This document shows, in pieces, positions 27,475 through 36,732 of a stretch of DNA of 64,000 bases (position 1 is the first letter of the stretch; each line of letters opens with the position of its first letter). The position numbers were made by a program, and so were the translations under genes. The DNA lies in IMG/VR virus record IMGVR_UViG_3300032251_000001, positions 1 through 64,000 of that record. One strand, written 5' to 3'. Origin of the DNA: a virus. Under the pieces are notes generated by a model that saw nothing but the letters and a program-made list of their open reading frames with translations, had not been told where the DNA came from and made no database searches.

Positions 27475-30090
27475 CTAAATATAATTGATAAATATACTAG
27501 GGTTAAATTCGTCATCAGATATATCATAATCTTCTTTACTCATAGTAATATTTAAGTATTCTGGTACATAGTTAATTAACTGTTCTTTCGTTAAGTTCTC
27601 AACATTAGGATATTTATTTAATACTTTTTGTTCTGTTGTCCCATTAAGGTCAATGAACTCAATATATTTTATCTCCTCAAATCCATTTTCTAAAGCTTGT
27701 AACAAGTTTGATATTGCTAATATTGAGCTAGATTCATTAACATCTTCTACAAAATCAATAATGAAGTTCTTTATATCTAAATCTAATTGCTTATTAAATG
27801 AAGTAAATAACTTTATATTTAATGTAATAGATGTATTCGTTGTTTTAGATGTGTAATGTGTTGAATTACCAAAGGTGTTAAAAAACTTAATGTCAAAGGA
27901 TGTATTATTTTCAAGTCTATTAAAGTTCAACATCAATAAATATGAGTACGTATTTAATAGTGAATACAATCCAATGTAATTTTCATAATTGATAAAGTAA
28001 TGATGACCAACAACTGGAATAGATTTAATCATATCATATCCATCACCTTCATCTTTAATAGTAAGATTAGACTCTATAATACTATTCATGGATAAGTATA
28101 AGTTAATGTTGCTTTCAGTTGAAAGTATTGTAGCCACACAGTAATCCTCAATATTTGGAATCTTATTAAAATCACCAAACTTAGTAGTATCATCAATACC
28201 ATTATAAAGAATACCAATGTCTACACTTATGTTCTCATCAACCCAACACTCATGAATAAGTTCACCTGTATTTATATCTTTAACACAATCAATCAAACAT
28301 ATTCTATTTTGGTCATCATAAGTATTATTTGTGGTCAAAGTACCTATATACTCTAAACTTTCTTCATTATTTAAAATTAAGTCAAAGTATCCATACAATA
28401 TTCCATCTTTCTTAAGGATAGATTTTATTTCTAATTCTCTATCGTTGTAATCTAATTCAGGTGTACCTACAACGGCTTCAGTTTTAAGTGTAGTACTAAG
28501 ATTTAATGTAAATTGATAATCTTCTGTATCCATACTATCTCTTACAATATCTAAATAATTAACGATAAATTCAGCATTTACAATAGAGTTAACTGAAGTG
28601 TACTCTAATGATGCTCTTCTATCTACCATATCATTCATAATTGCAACTCTAGGAAACGGGTCATTTCTAACTTCTAATAAGAAAGGTGTTACGTAAATAT
28701 GATTACCTTCAGCTTCGAAAGTGCTTATATCTTCAGTTCTACCTAACAATCTATAAACTTCAGTTGTAGTGTCAAATACAATAGTACTTCCAGTAGGAAT
28801 TACATATGTATCTTCTTGTCCATCAATTTCAATAAGTTTTAAATCAATGGTATTAGTTGGAACTAATAAACCTGTAGAATCTTTTAGTAATAAATAGCTA
28901 CCAAACATACGTTTAATAATATCATCACGCTTTCGAATAAATAATAATTTACTATCGTTAACAGATTCCCTTCTAATAAGTTCATTAAAAAAGTTGTTCA
29001 AATCAGATTCAGTAATAAGGTTTTCTCTTGCAAGGAGTTTACTTATAAGTTCAGTCTTTAGTTCTTTTAACGTAGGTCGGTCTTTACCACCTGTAGAATC
29101 AGTTGAAGGAGTTACTGTAATTGCAATATCTGCTAAATTTTCATCATTGAAAGTGAAGTTTATATCACCTGAATATGCAAAGTTACCAGCACTACCTAAA
29201 GTTGTATACATTTCTATAGTTAAATTAGAATTAAACTGTGGTCTAAAACTATTAGGTGCATTTGAAAAGTACACTTGTAAATTATCAATGTTATCGTATG
29301 AATAATAACAATATTTAGATTCATCTGGTACAAACGTATTGTTAAAGAATGGTGTTAAATATTCTTTCTCACCATTACTTAAAGTATATAATACTTTAAA
29401 ATAAGCAATTTGATTAGCAAAATCTGAATTAAAGTAAAGTGTTTCTGAAACATCTTCTGAATAAACATCAAACGTTACTGTAGATTTCTCTACTTGCCAT
29501 ATATCAACTAATAAGAATATTATTCCATCTTGAATCCACATCTTAAGATATGGTTGAACTAAATTACTTAAAGGAGACTCTCCATCAGTAATATCATACT
29601 TTGCTGAGAAGGCATAATCGTCACTATCTTCAATCTTACGACCAGTAATAATTATATCATGTTCTAACATAAACTTAAAAGTTCCTAAGAAGAATTCACT
29701 ATCTTTAGTAATTTTAAATGTTAGAACTCCTGTATTAAAATCAAGTTCCCCTTTATCTATAACATTAGATTTCTCTATTGCAAAATTTACTTTCATAGAT
29801 GCTGGTGTAGCATCTAATATACTATAATTGTACATTTTAGCATAATTATAAATACTACTAGGTTTGGATGCAGTATTTAAGAAAGACTCATCATACAATG
29901 CATTTCTTTGATACGCACCATCTCTGGTTGCTCTTGCCATAACTTCATTAATGTAACCAAATAAACCAACCTTTAATGTATTAATATTGTCCATATCAAG
30001 GTATTTTGGACCAATTTGACTTAGCCATTGTTCATGTAGGTCATAACTTTCTGAAGCTATAGCTATTGGTTTTATGTTATCTATAGCCAT
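27475..30090 (-). CDS. baseplate wedge protein (T4 gp6/BaseplateJ-like)
   Basis: 871 aa; FLNTA...SIYNYAKMYNYS...ATPA, TLGSAGN, STGGKDRPTLKELK, ITESDL patterns. Confidence 0.7.
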   Translation of the reverse strand: MAIDNIKPIAIASESYDLHEQWLSQIGPKYLDMDNINTLKVGLFGYINEVMARATRDGAYQRNALYDESFLNTASKPSSIYNYAKMYNYSILDATPASMKVNFAIEKSNVIDKGELDFNTGVLTFKITKDSEFFLGTFKFMLEHDIIITGRKIEDSDDYAFSAKYDITDGESPLSNLVQPYLKMWIQDGIIFLLVDIWQVEKSTVTFDVYSEDVSETLYFNSDFANQIAYFKVLYTLSNGEKEYLTPFFNNTFVPDESKYCYYSYDNIDNLQVYFSNAPNSFRPQFNSNLTIEMYTTLGSAGNFAYSGDINFTFNDENLADIAITVTPSTDSTGGKDRPTLKELKTELISKLLARENLITESDLNNFFNELIRRESVNDSKLLFIRKRDDIIKRMFGSYLLLKDSTGLLVPTNTIDLKLIEIDGQEDTYVIPTGSTIVFDTTTEVYRLLGRTEDISTFEAEGNHIYVTPFLLEVRNDPFPRVAIMNDMVDRRASLEYTSVNSIVNAEFIVNYLDIVRDSMDTEDYQFTLNLSTTLKTEAVVGTPELDYNDRELEIKSILKKDGILYGYFDLILNNEESLEYIGTLTTNNTYDDQNRICLIDCVKDINTGELIHECWVDENISVDIGILYNGIDDTTKFGDFNKIPNIEDYCVATILSTESNINLYLSMNSIIESNLTIKDEGDGYDMIKSIPVVGHHYFINYENYIGLYSLLNTYSYLLMLNFNRLENNTSFDIKFFNTFGNSTHYTSKTTNTSITLNIKLFTSFNKQLDLDIKNFIIDFVEDVNESSSILAISNLLQALENGFEEIKYIEFIDLNGTTEQKVLNKYPNVENLTKEQLINYVPEYLNITMSKEDYDISDDEFNPSIFINYI

Positions 30091-30105
30091 TAAATGACTC
30101 CTTTC

Positions 30106-31872
30106 TTAAATGAATATCAATTTATATCTTAATTTACCATCATTAAATTCTGGTACAATAAAAGGTGAACTTCCCATACCTGATTCGCTACCTATACCTT
30201 CTAATGGTACTTCAAATTTACTAGTCATATCTCCAATATTACCTGTTTGAGAATACGTGTTATCATATACTTGACCCATATCTCTAATCTCAGTACTATC
30301 GTCTGACATTACAATTCTATTAAAATCTTTTAAAACGTCTGGTTCTAAATCTTCTTTATAAGAATAAGCATATTGTACTTGATTACGTATAACTGATTGA
30401 GCTCCTTTCTCACCACCAAAAGCACTATATGGAACTGATATGGGCATTACACCTGTATATTTTGCCCAATATTTTAAAGTTCTACCATCTGGTTCAGTTG
30501 TAAAGAAATACAATGAAGACATGTAATCAATCTCTTTAAATTCAACTATGTCTGGGTCTGGTCGTAAATTACCATTTCTAATCTTATCAATATAATCAAC
30601 CCAACATTTATGGATTAAAGTAATCATAGCGTCCTCAGTTTCATCATAAGATATAGAGAATGTTCCACCATTAATACTATCAATGATATTTACAGGTTGA
30701 GTTATTTTGTAACCTTTCCATGTTTCATAAGTTTCTTTAGTTCTCATTACAACGTCTTGAGTATCAAAACCTTTATAACGATTAGTGAGCATTCTAATAA
30801 ATATACCACTATTGTTAGTATTTCTTGAGTTAAGAACTTCAAGAACTTCTGGTTTGTATAATTGAAGATAAGTAAAGAAACTATCACTTGCAGTATTTTC
30901 TTGACCTGTTTTACCAACATCACCTAAATTAATCTTAGGCTTAGTTATAAACATATATTGAAAACCTGTATAAGAAAAATCTGTTCTAGTTCCATAATGT
31001 TGATATTTATCAAATAAATCATTTAAATTATAAACAGCTTCTGCAGAACCATTTGTTGGATAAGTTAATCCTTGGTCATTAGCTTCATTAAGATTAGGTA
31101 AAACTCTATATAATTCATTATAATCTCTGTCATCTGAAAATTGAACATTTTTAAACCTTCCTAGACTCTCAGCTCTAAAAGCTACTCTTTTTCTAGGTGA
31201 TGGAGCTAATAATTTAACGTTAGGGTCAATACTGTTACTCAACAACTCAGCTGTAGTATCATTCCATTCAACAATGGGTTCACCAGTTATATCGTCAGTA
31301 GTACCATTATTTAAATTGACATTTTTATCACCATCTGTAGATGGTTTAATATTTATTTTATTACCTACATGGATAACATTTTTATTAGTTATTTGTGGGT
31401 TTAGAGCTAGTATTTCTTCAAGAGTTAATCCATGAGCTCTTGCTATAGACCAAAGAGTGTCTCCAGATTTAACTATATAAAAATCTCCACTTGAAGCAGT
31501 TACAGAACTACTAGGAGTCCAAGATGTTTTTTTAGATTCTAATTCTTCTTCATGCTTCTTTTGCATTTCAGCATTATGCTTCTTTAGATAAATCATTTCG
31601 TCTTCAATATCCATTAAAGCTCCAACTGCCAATGCTTCATTATGAGCAGCTTCCTTTTCATAATGTTCAGTCATTCCATTATAATAACCAAGTTCTTTAC
31701 GTTTTTCAGCATCAAGTTGTGCTTGTATCATTTCAGTCATTCCATTATAATAACTATAATTAGCTGCAGCTATAGCAGCTGCTTTCTTATCTGCTTCAGC
31801 TTCTGCTTTCTTCTTTGCTGCTTCTGCAGAACGTTCATGTAATACGTTTTCGGATTGTTCTGGTCTTGGCAT
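30106..31872 (-). CDS. LysM-domain plus tail-tube/tube-initiator-like virion protein
   Basis: LysM YIVKSGDTLWSIARAHGLTLEEILALNPQI at about 31350-31480; C-term KYWAKYTGVMPISVP tube-like motif. Confidence 0.7.
   Translation of the reverse strand: MPRPEQSENVLHERSAEAAKKKAEAEADKKAAAIAAANYSYYNGMTEMIQAQLDAEKRKELGYYNGMTEHYEKEAAHNEALAVGALMDIEDEMIYLKKHNAEMQKKHEEELESKKTSWTPSSSVTASSGDFYIVKSGDTLWSIARAHGLTLEEILALNPQITNKNVIHVGNKINIKPSTDGDKNVNLNNGTTDDITGEPIVEWNDTTAELLSNSIDPNVKLLAPSPRKRVAFRAESLGRFKNVQFSDDRDYNELYRVLPNLNEANDQGLTYPTNGSAEAVYNLNDLFDKYQHYGTRTDFSYTGFQYMFITKPKINLGDVGKTGQENTASDSFFTYLQLYKPEVLEVLNSRNTNNSGIFIRMLTNRYKGFDTQDVVMRTKETYETWKGYKITQPVNIIDSINGGTFSISYDETEDAMITLIHKCWVDYIDKIRNGNLRPDPDIVEFKEIDYMSSLYFFTTEPDGRTLKYWAKYTGVMPISVPYSAFGGEKGAQSVIRNQVQYAYSYKEDLEPDVLKDFNRIVMSDDSTEIRDMGQVYDNTYSQTGNIGDMTSKFEVPLEGIGSESGMGSSPFIVPEFNDGKLRYKLIFI
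31666..31754. repeat. 23-bp perfect direct repeat x2 (31666-31688, 31732-31754)
   Basis: TTCAGTCATTCCATTATAATAAC, encoding YYNGMTE twice. Confidence 0.85.
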
Positions 31873-31905
31873 AATATATACCTCCTTCTTTTTATATTTT
31901 TAAAC

Positions 31906-31917
31906 TAATTATTTGTT
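31906..31917 (-). promoter_or_regulatory. late-type promoter AACA-N6-TA
   Basis: minus strand AACA AATAAT TA. Confidence 0.65.
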
Positions 31918-31945
31918 GATTATTAATTAATTAAAGAAATAAGTA

Positions 31946-31961
31946 TATATTATTTAAGTGA
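31946..31961 (+). promoter_or_regulatory. early-type promoter TATATTAT-N5-TGA
   Basis: TATATTAT TTAAG TGA. Confidence 0.65.
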
Positions 31962-32088
31962 GATGATTATGAAATGGACGTACCTTAATTTCTTTTACAG
32001 TCAAGATAAATTCCTACATACACTATAGTCCGTGTCTGCGTGTAGGCATAGTTCACTCAATCTTATATAAAACTAGATTAGTGAGGTA

Positions 32089-32271
32089 ATGAATATGACA
32101 AAAAAAGAAGCAAAAGAACAGTTAAAGAATGCTAAGTTAATAGTACAAAATATGGTTGAATTAAACAGTACTTTAGACTTTACTCCAGAAAAAGAACCTG
32201 TGAGAAGAGTTAGAAAACTGGAAAGTTCAAGCAATTGTATAGTTGGCATTCTTGAAGTACTTTTATACTAA
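32089..32271 (+). CDS. small hypothetical protein
   Basis: GAGGT RBS; 60 aa (58 aa if the start is 32095). Confidence 0.6.
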   Translation: MNMTKKEAKEQLKNAKLIVQNMVELNSTLDFTPEKEPVRRVRKLESSSNCIVGILEVLLY

Positions 32272-32378
32272 TGAAGATATATAAGAAAAAGAAATTATTG
32301 GTAGATGGCGACTAGGATGAAATACTCCTAGTTGTACGGACTTACTTTATAGGTTTATTTTTTTTTGTTTACTTTAGC

Positions 32379-32390
32379 AACAAAATATTA
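32379..32390 (+). promoter_or_regulatory. late-type promoter AACA-N6-TA
   Basis: AACA AAATAT TA. Confidence 0.7.
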
Positions 32391-32421
32391 AACTAAATAT
32401 TTAGAAAGGAGACAAATTTTC

Positions 32422-33762
32422 ATGTTAAGAGACGTTGTAGATTTAGTTAAAGAACTTAAAAATATAGCAGATGATATTCCTGAAGATAAAGTAGCACTTA
32501 ATCGTATCCTTAAAGCAGCGACAGGTGGTAATTTATCAAAATCTGTTACTAGAAGAGCTAAGAATAATCTTTGTCAGTTCCCATTATTAATTAGTAGTGC
32601 AGCTGAGAAAGAAAGTGTTCCTATGTGTACTAAAGCTTTGGAGCGTGAGTATTCAACTCTGTTAAGATTCGTTATTGGACAAGATGATATTATTGATTTA
32701 AAAAACTTTGATAAGAAATCTTATATTAAAAAGTTACACCAAAATAATAATATTCATCCATCAGCAAGTTATATTTCTGACATAAACGAATTTTTAGAAA
32801 GTAACATAGTTATTCTGAATAAAGAAGAACTTAGACCATTTATGGAGGACTTTAAGTCTGGTAGTATTAATGATTTAACTATCAAAAATTATGAGGTTAT
32901 AAAAGAATCACTAAAGATTAATAGTGATATTAATTATTATGCTGAAGCTGATGAAGAGATGACAAAAGATGAATTAGATTATCATAATAAAGTAATGGAC
33001 ACTCAACTTAAAGCAGCTCAACTTCAAAAGACAAACGCTGAACAGCAAAAAATTAGCAGAGACATTAAAAAGTTAGACAATGAACGTTCTAAGGATTATA
33101 AAACTGGCATCACTACAAATATTGTAGATTTAGATGTTAAGAAATCTAATGAGTTAATGCCTACCGTTATGGAAGTAATGGTTGAGTATAAAGCTGGTGA
33201 TACATTTAAAACAACTAATCTTTTATTAGGTGTTAAGTGTGTAGCACATGTTATACCTACTGAAGAGATGGTTTACTTTGTAAGTAAGTCATTAAGAGAG
33301 AATAGATTTGCATTTAGAACTATTCAGTGGACTACTGGTGAAATTAAATTCTGGAAAGACTTTGTATTATCATTAGATAGAATTAAAGCTGAAGCTTCTA
33401 AGAGTAATAAATCATCTATATGGTGGTCATTCTTAAGAGGTAGAGCTAAGAATTCTAAATTCAAAGGGTTACTAGGTAAAGAAGGATTTATTCCTAATAC
33501 TACATTAGCATTAACAATGTCAGAAGTAGAATTCCTTAAGAACAATGAAGGTATTGATTTATTTAATGCAAGTACTGCACATAAGTTAATGAATATATTC
33601 TTCTTATTAAGAGTAATGATATTGGATGATATTGATGAAGTAGCTTACATGTTTGATGAAGAACAAAGAACTTGGTCTCATTACTCATACAACCAGCTTG
33701 AAAAAGAGAAGAGTTCTTCTAATAAAGACCTTAAATCTCTTGTAAGCTTAATTAATAGATAG
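32422..33762 (+). CDS. virion structural protein (phiKZ-like conserved type)
   Basis: AAGGAG RBS; late promoter; heads a structural operon; internal FLES/IKES motifs. Confidence 0.55.
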   Translation: MLRDVVDLVKELKNIADDIPEDKVALNRILKAATGGNLSKSVTRRAKNNLCQFPLLISSAAEKESVPMCTKALEREYSTLLRFVIGQDDIIDLKNFDKKSYIKKLHQNNNIHPSASYISDINEFLESNIVILNKEELRPFMEDFKSGSINDLTIKNYEVIKESLKINSDINYYAEADEEMTKDELDYHNKVMDTQLKAAQLQKTNAEQQKISRDIKKLDNERSKDYKTGITTNIVDLDVKKSNELMPTVMEVMVEYKAGDTFKTTNLLLGVKCVAHVIPTEEMVYFVSKSLRENRFAFRTIQWTTGEIKFWKDFVLSLDRIKAEASKSNKSSIWWSFLRGRAKNSKFKGLLGKEGFIPNTTLALTMSEVEFLKNNEGIDLFNASTAHKLMNIFFLLRVMILDDIDEVAYMFDEEQRTWSHYSYNQLEKEKSSSNKDLKSLVSLINR

Positions 33763-33773
33763 GGAGGAAAATT

Positions 33774-34712
33774 ATGCAACCATTTAGAAATATTGATAGT
33801 CTTCTTAAACCTATTCTAGTTCAAGAAGGTGTAGATGTTATTAAATATAACAAGTTAACTGAAAGTGATAAAAATGAAATCTCTAAAGACTTAGTAGCGA
33901 GAGTTTACAAGTCTATTAAAGACAAAACACTTCAGATAGATTACAGCTTTATTGAAAAGTCTAAAGGAGACATTACTAAGATTCAAAATTATGCAGACCT
34001 TGAAGGTTCTATTAATTACCTACAAAACATGTATAACAATGATACAAATGCACCAAAAGAAATAAATGACTTAAAGAAGACTCTAAACAATCTTAAAAGA
34101 TATACAAGAGACTTTACGACAGGATATAAGAAGAAAAATGAACTAGTTATGTTCTACTATAACAATGTGGTAGCTTCATTAATTAGTGCAACTTCATTTA
34201 TCATAGCAACATCTGTAGATTATATTAAGGACACTATGAAAGATATGAGACCAGTTTTCAAGGCTAATCTTAGTAAGAATAAATCTGCTAATTTATTCCT
34301 AGAAAATATTCGCTCATTCAATAGTATGGTTACTAAAGGTCATTTTAAGACTTTTGTAGATAATGCTAATAATGTGGATAACCTTGTAGGTCTGGGATTA
34401 ACTGCTTTCTTAGCTATAGCAATTGCTATATTCTGTATCCGTGATGCAGTATACATTTTCTTCTATAGTAGAAATAGTGTATCTGAAAACTTATTGAACT
34501 TAGCATATTTCGTTAACCTTAACGCAAATGCAGCTTCACAAAAAAATGGAAAAGCTAAAGGTAAACAAGAGAAAATTGCTAAACAACTAATTAATCTGTC
34601 AGATAAAATATCAGTTGAGCAAAAGGTATCTACTAAAAAAGCTGAACATGATATGAAAATTGAAGAGAATGATACAGATGCATATGTTGCATCAGACGAT
34701 GATTTACTATAA
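33774..34712 (+). CDS. virion structural protein
   Basis: GGGAGG RBS; lies in the late structural operon; hydrophobic segment GLGLTAFLAIAIAIF. Confidence 0.55.
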   Translation: MQPFRNIDSLLKPILVQEGVDVIKYNKLTESDKNEISKDLVARVYKSIKDKTLQIDYSFIEKSKGDITKIQNYADLEGSINYLQNMYNNDTNAPKEINDLKKTLNNLKRYTRDFTTGYKKKNELVMFYYNNVVASLISATSFIIATSVDYIKDTMKDMRPVFKANLSKNKSANLFLENIRSFNSMVTKGHFKTFVDNANNVDNLVGLGLTAFLAIAIAIFCIRDAVYIFFYSRNSVSENLLNLAYFVNLNANAASQKNGKAKGKQEKIAKQLINLSDKISVEQKVSTKKAEHDMKIEENDTDAYVASDDDLL

Positions 34713-34730
34713 TTAAATAGGAGGATTACT

Positions 34731-35651
34731 ATGTTTTTAAATGAAAATACAGATAATTCATATTTAGAAGGTGTTAATGAATTCGAAGGTAAATATACTG
34801 GAGAATTCGAAGAAGCATTTGAAATATGTCTTGAATCTGAAAGAGAATGGCATAATCTTGAAATGAAAATGACAAGAGCAGAACATACTGCAATTGTTAA
34901 TGAAGACACTGCTTTAATGGAAGGTGCTGTAGGCGACTTCTTTGCTAAAGCTAAACAATGGTTTATTACTTTAGGTAAGAAAATTAAAGAATTCTTTAAA
35001 CGTCTTATTGAAAGAATTGGTGTATTCTTCATGAATGCTAAAAAGTTTGTTGCTAAATATGGTAAACAATTAGAGAAGTTAGGTAACAATGAGATTAAAG
35101 GTACAATTAAAATGTATCCATCTATTGTTAAAAATTCTATAGACCTTGGTGCTTTAGATAGTTTAGGTTCTGATGAACTTAAAGAAATTGAAACAAAAGC
35201 ATACAGTGTTGAAGAAATTAGAGAGGAATTAAAGATTCCTTCAACTTCTGAAATGGCAGAAATTATTCTTGGTGGAGAAAAATCTGAAGAGACTATTACT
35301 TCATCTATTGTTAAAACTGCATTAGGAATTCTTAGAGATGAAGCTGTAATTAAGAAAGAATTAGCTCAAATTAACTCTGACGCTGAAAAAGAAATTAAAA
35401 AAGGTATTAAAGAATGTGAAGCTGCATTAAAAGGCAACATCAGTGACCCAGAAAGAAGTAAATTAAATAGAGTTGTAAGTAACTCTAAGAACTGTGCTTC
35501 TTTAGTAAATACAGTATTAGGTCAACTTGGTGGACTATATTCTAAATTAGCATCAAATTCACTTTCTATTTGTAAGAAGGCTTGGACTTCTAGAAAAGGT
35601 GAAAACATTAAGCAAAAAGGATATGAAGAGTCTGTACTTGACATGTTCTAA
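34731..35651 (+). CDS. internal head protein, paralog A
   Basis: MFLNEN...ALMEGAVGDFFAKAKQWFITLGKKIKEFFKRLIERI amphipathic motif typical of phiKZ-like inner-head proteins. Confidence 0.7.
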   Translation: MFLNENTDNSYLEGVNEFEGKYTGEFEEAFEICLESEREWHNLEMKMTRAEHTAIVNEDTALMEGAVGDFFAKAKQWFITLGKKIKEFFKRLIERIGVFFMNAKKFVAKYGKQLEKLGNNEIKGTIKMYPSIVKNSIDLGALDSLGSDELKEIETKAYSVEEIREELKIPSTSEMAEIILGGEKSEETITSSIVKTALGILRDEAVIKKELAQINSDAEKEIKKGIKECEAALKGNISDPERSKLNRVVSNSKNCASLVNTVLGQLGGLYSKLASNSLSICKKAWTSRKGENIKQKGYEESVLDMF

Positions 35652-35733
35652 AACAAAATATTATTGTTAGTTATATATTTGATTTACGAGTTTATTTATT
35701 AAATAAGTAAATAAACTTGTAAACAAATATTTA
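35652..35733 (+). promoter_or_regulatory. two late-type promoters (35652-35663, 35722-35733) flanking an inverted repeat
   Basis: AACA AAATAT TA and AACA AATATT TA; TTACGAGTTTATTTA...TAAATAAACTTGTAA between them. Confidence 0.65.
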
Positions 35734-35778
35734 AATAGTGTATACTAAAATTATATAATTTGAAAGGAGAAATATACT

Positions 35779-36678
35779 ATGTTTTTAAACGAAAATAATG
35801 ACTCTTATCTTGAAGGAGCAAACGAGTTTGAAGGTAAATATACTGGAGAATTTGAGGAGGCTTTTGAGATTTGTTTAGAGTCAGAGAGAGAATGGCACAA
35901 TCTTGAAATGAAGATGGCAAGAGCAGAACATACTGCAATTGTTAATGAAGATACAGCTTTGATGGAAGGTGCTGTAGGCGACTTCTTTGCTAAAGCTAAA
36001 GCTTGGTTCATTGCTTTCGGTAAGAAAGTTAAAGAATTCTTCAAGAGATTAATTGAAAGAATTGGTGTATTCTTCATGAATGCAAAGAAATTCGTTGCTA
36101 AGTATGGTAAGCAATTAGAGAAGTTAGGTAACAATGAGATTAAAGGTACAATCAAAGTGTATCCTCAAGTTGAAAAAGGAACTCCTTCTTCAATCGCTGC
36201 TCCTACTACTTTAATTCCAGATGGTAAGAAAGATGCTGAGGAAATCAGAGAATATCTTAAATTACCTACATCTACTGAAATAGTAGAAGAAATGCTTGGT
36301 GGAGAAAAGTCTGATGAAAAGATTACTTCTTCTATGGTTAAAGGTGCATTAAAGATTCTTAGAGCGGAAGCTGACTTCAAAAAAGGTTTAACTGCTGTTA
36401 TGACTTCTACTGAAAAAGCTGTTGCTGCTGGTATCAAAGAATGTGATTCAGCTAAGAAATTATCATCAGGTGACCCTGAAACTTCTAAGATTAATGATTC
36501 AATCAGTAACTTAAAGACTGTATCATCTGTTCTTAATAGTGTATTAGGTCAAATGGGTGGTGCTTATTCTAAATTAGCTTCTAATGCTCTTTCTGTTTGT
36601 AAGAAAGCTTGGAACTCTAGAAAAGGCGAAAACATTAAGCAAAAAGGATATGAAGAGTCTGTACTTGACATGTTCTAA
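35779..36678 (+). CDS. internal head protein, paralog B
   Basis: near-identical to paralog A over the first ~125 aa and the last ~25 aa. Confidence 0.7.
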   Translation: MFLNENNDSYLEGANEFEGKYTGEFEEAFEICLESEREWHNLEMKMARAEHTAIVNEDTALMEGAVGDFFAKAKAWFIAFGKKVKEFFKRLIERIGVFFMNAKKFVAKYGKQLEKLGNNEIKGTIKVYPQVEKGTPSSIAAPTTLIPDGKKDAEEIREYLKLPTSTEIVEEMLGGEKSDEKITSSMVKGALKILRAEADFKKGLTAVMTSTEKAVAAGIKECDSAKKLSSGDPETSKINDSISNLKTVSSVLNSVLGQMGGAYSKLASNALSVCKKAWNSRKGENIKQKGYEESVLDMF

Positions 36679-36690
36679 GATTAATAAATT

Positions 36691-36730
36691 AAAGAGTATA
36701 ATACATTATGTATTATACTCTTTTTTATTT
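36691..36730. terminator. bidirectional terminator
   Basis: AAAGAGTATAATACAT-T-ATGTATTATACTCTTT plus T-run. Confidence 0.85.
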
Positions 36731-36732
36731 CT

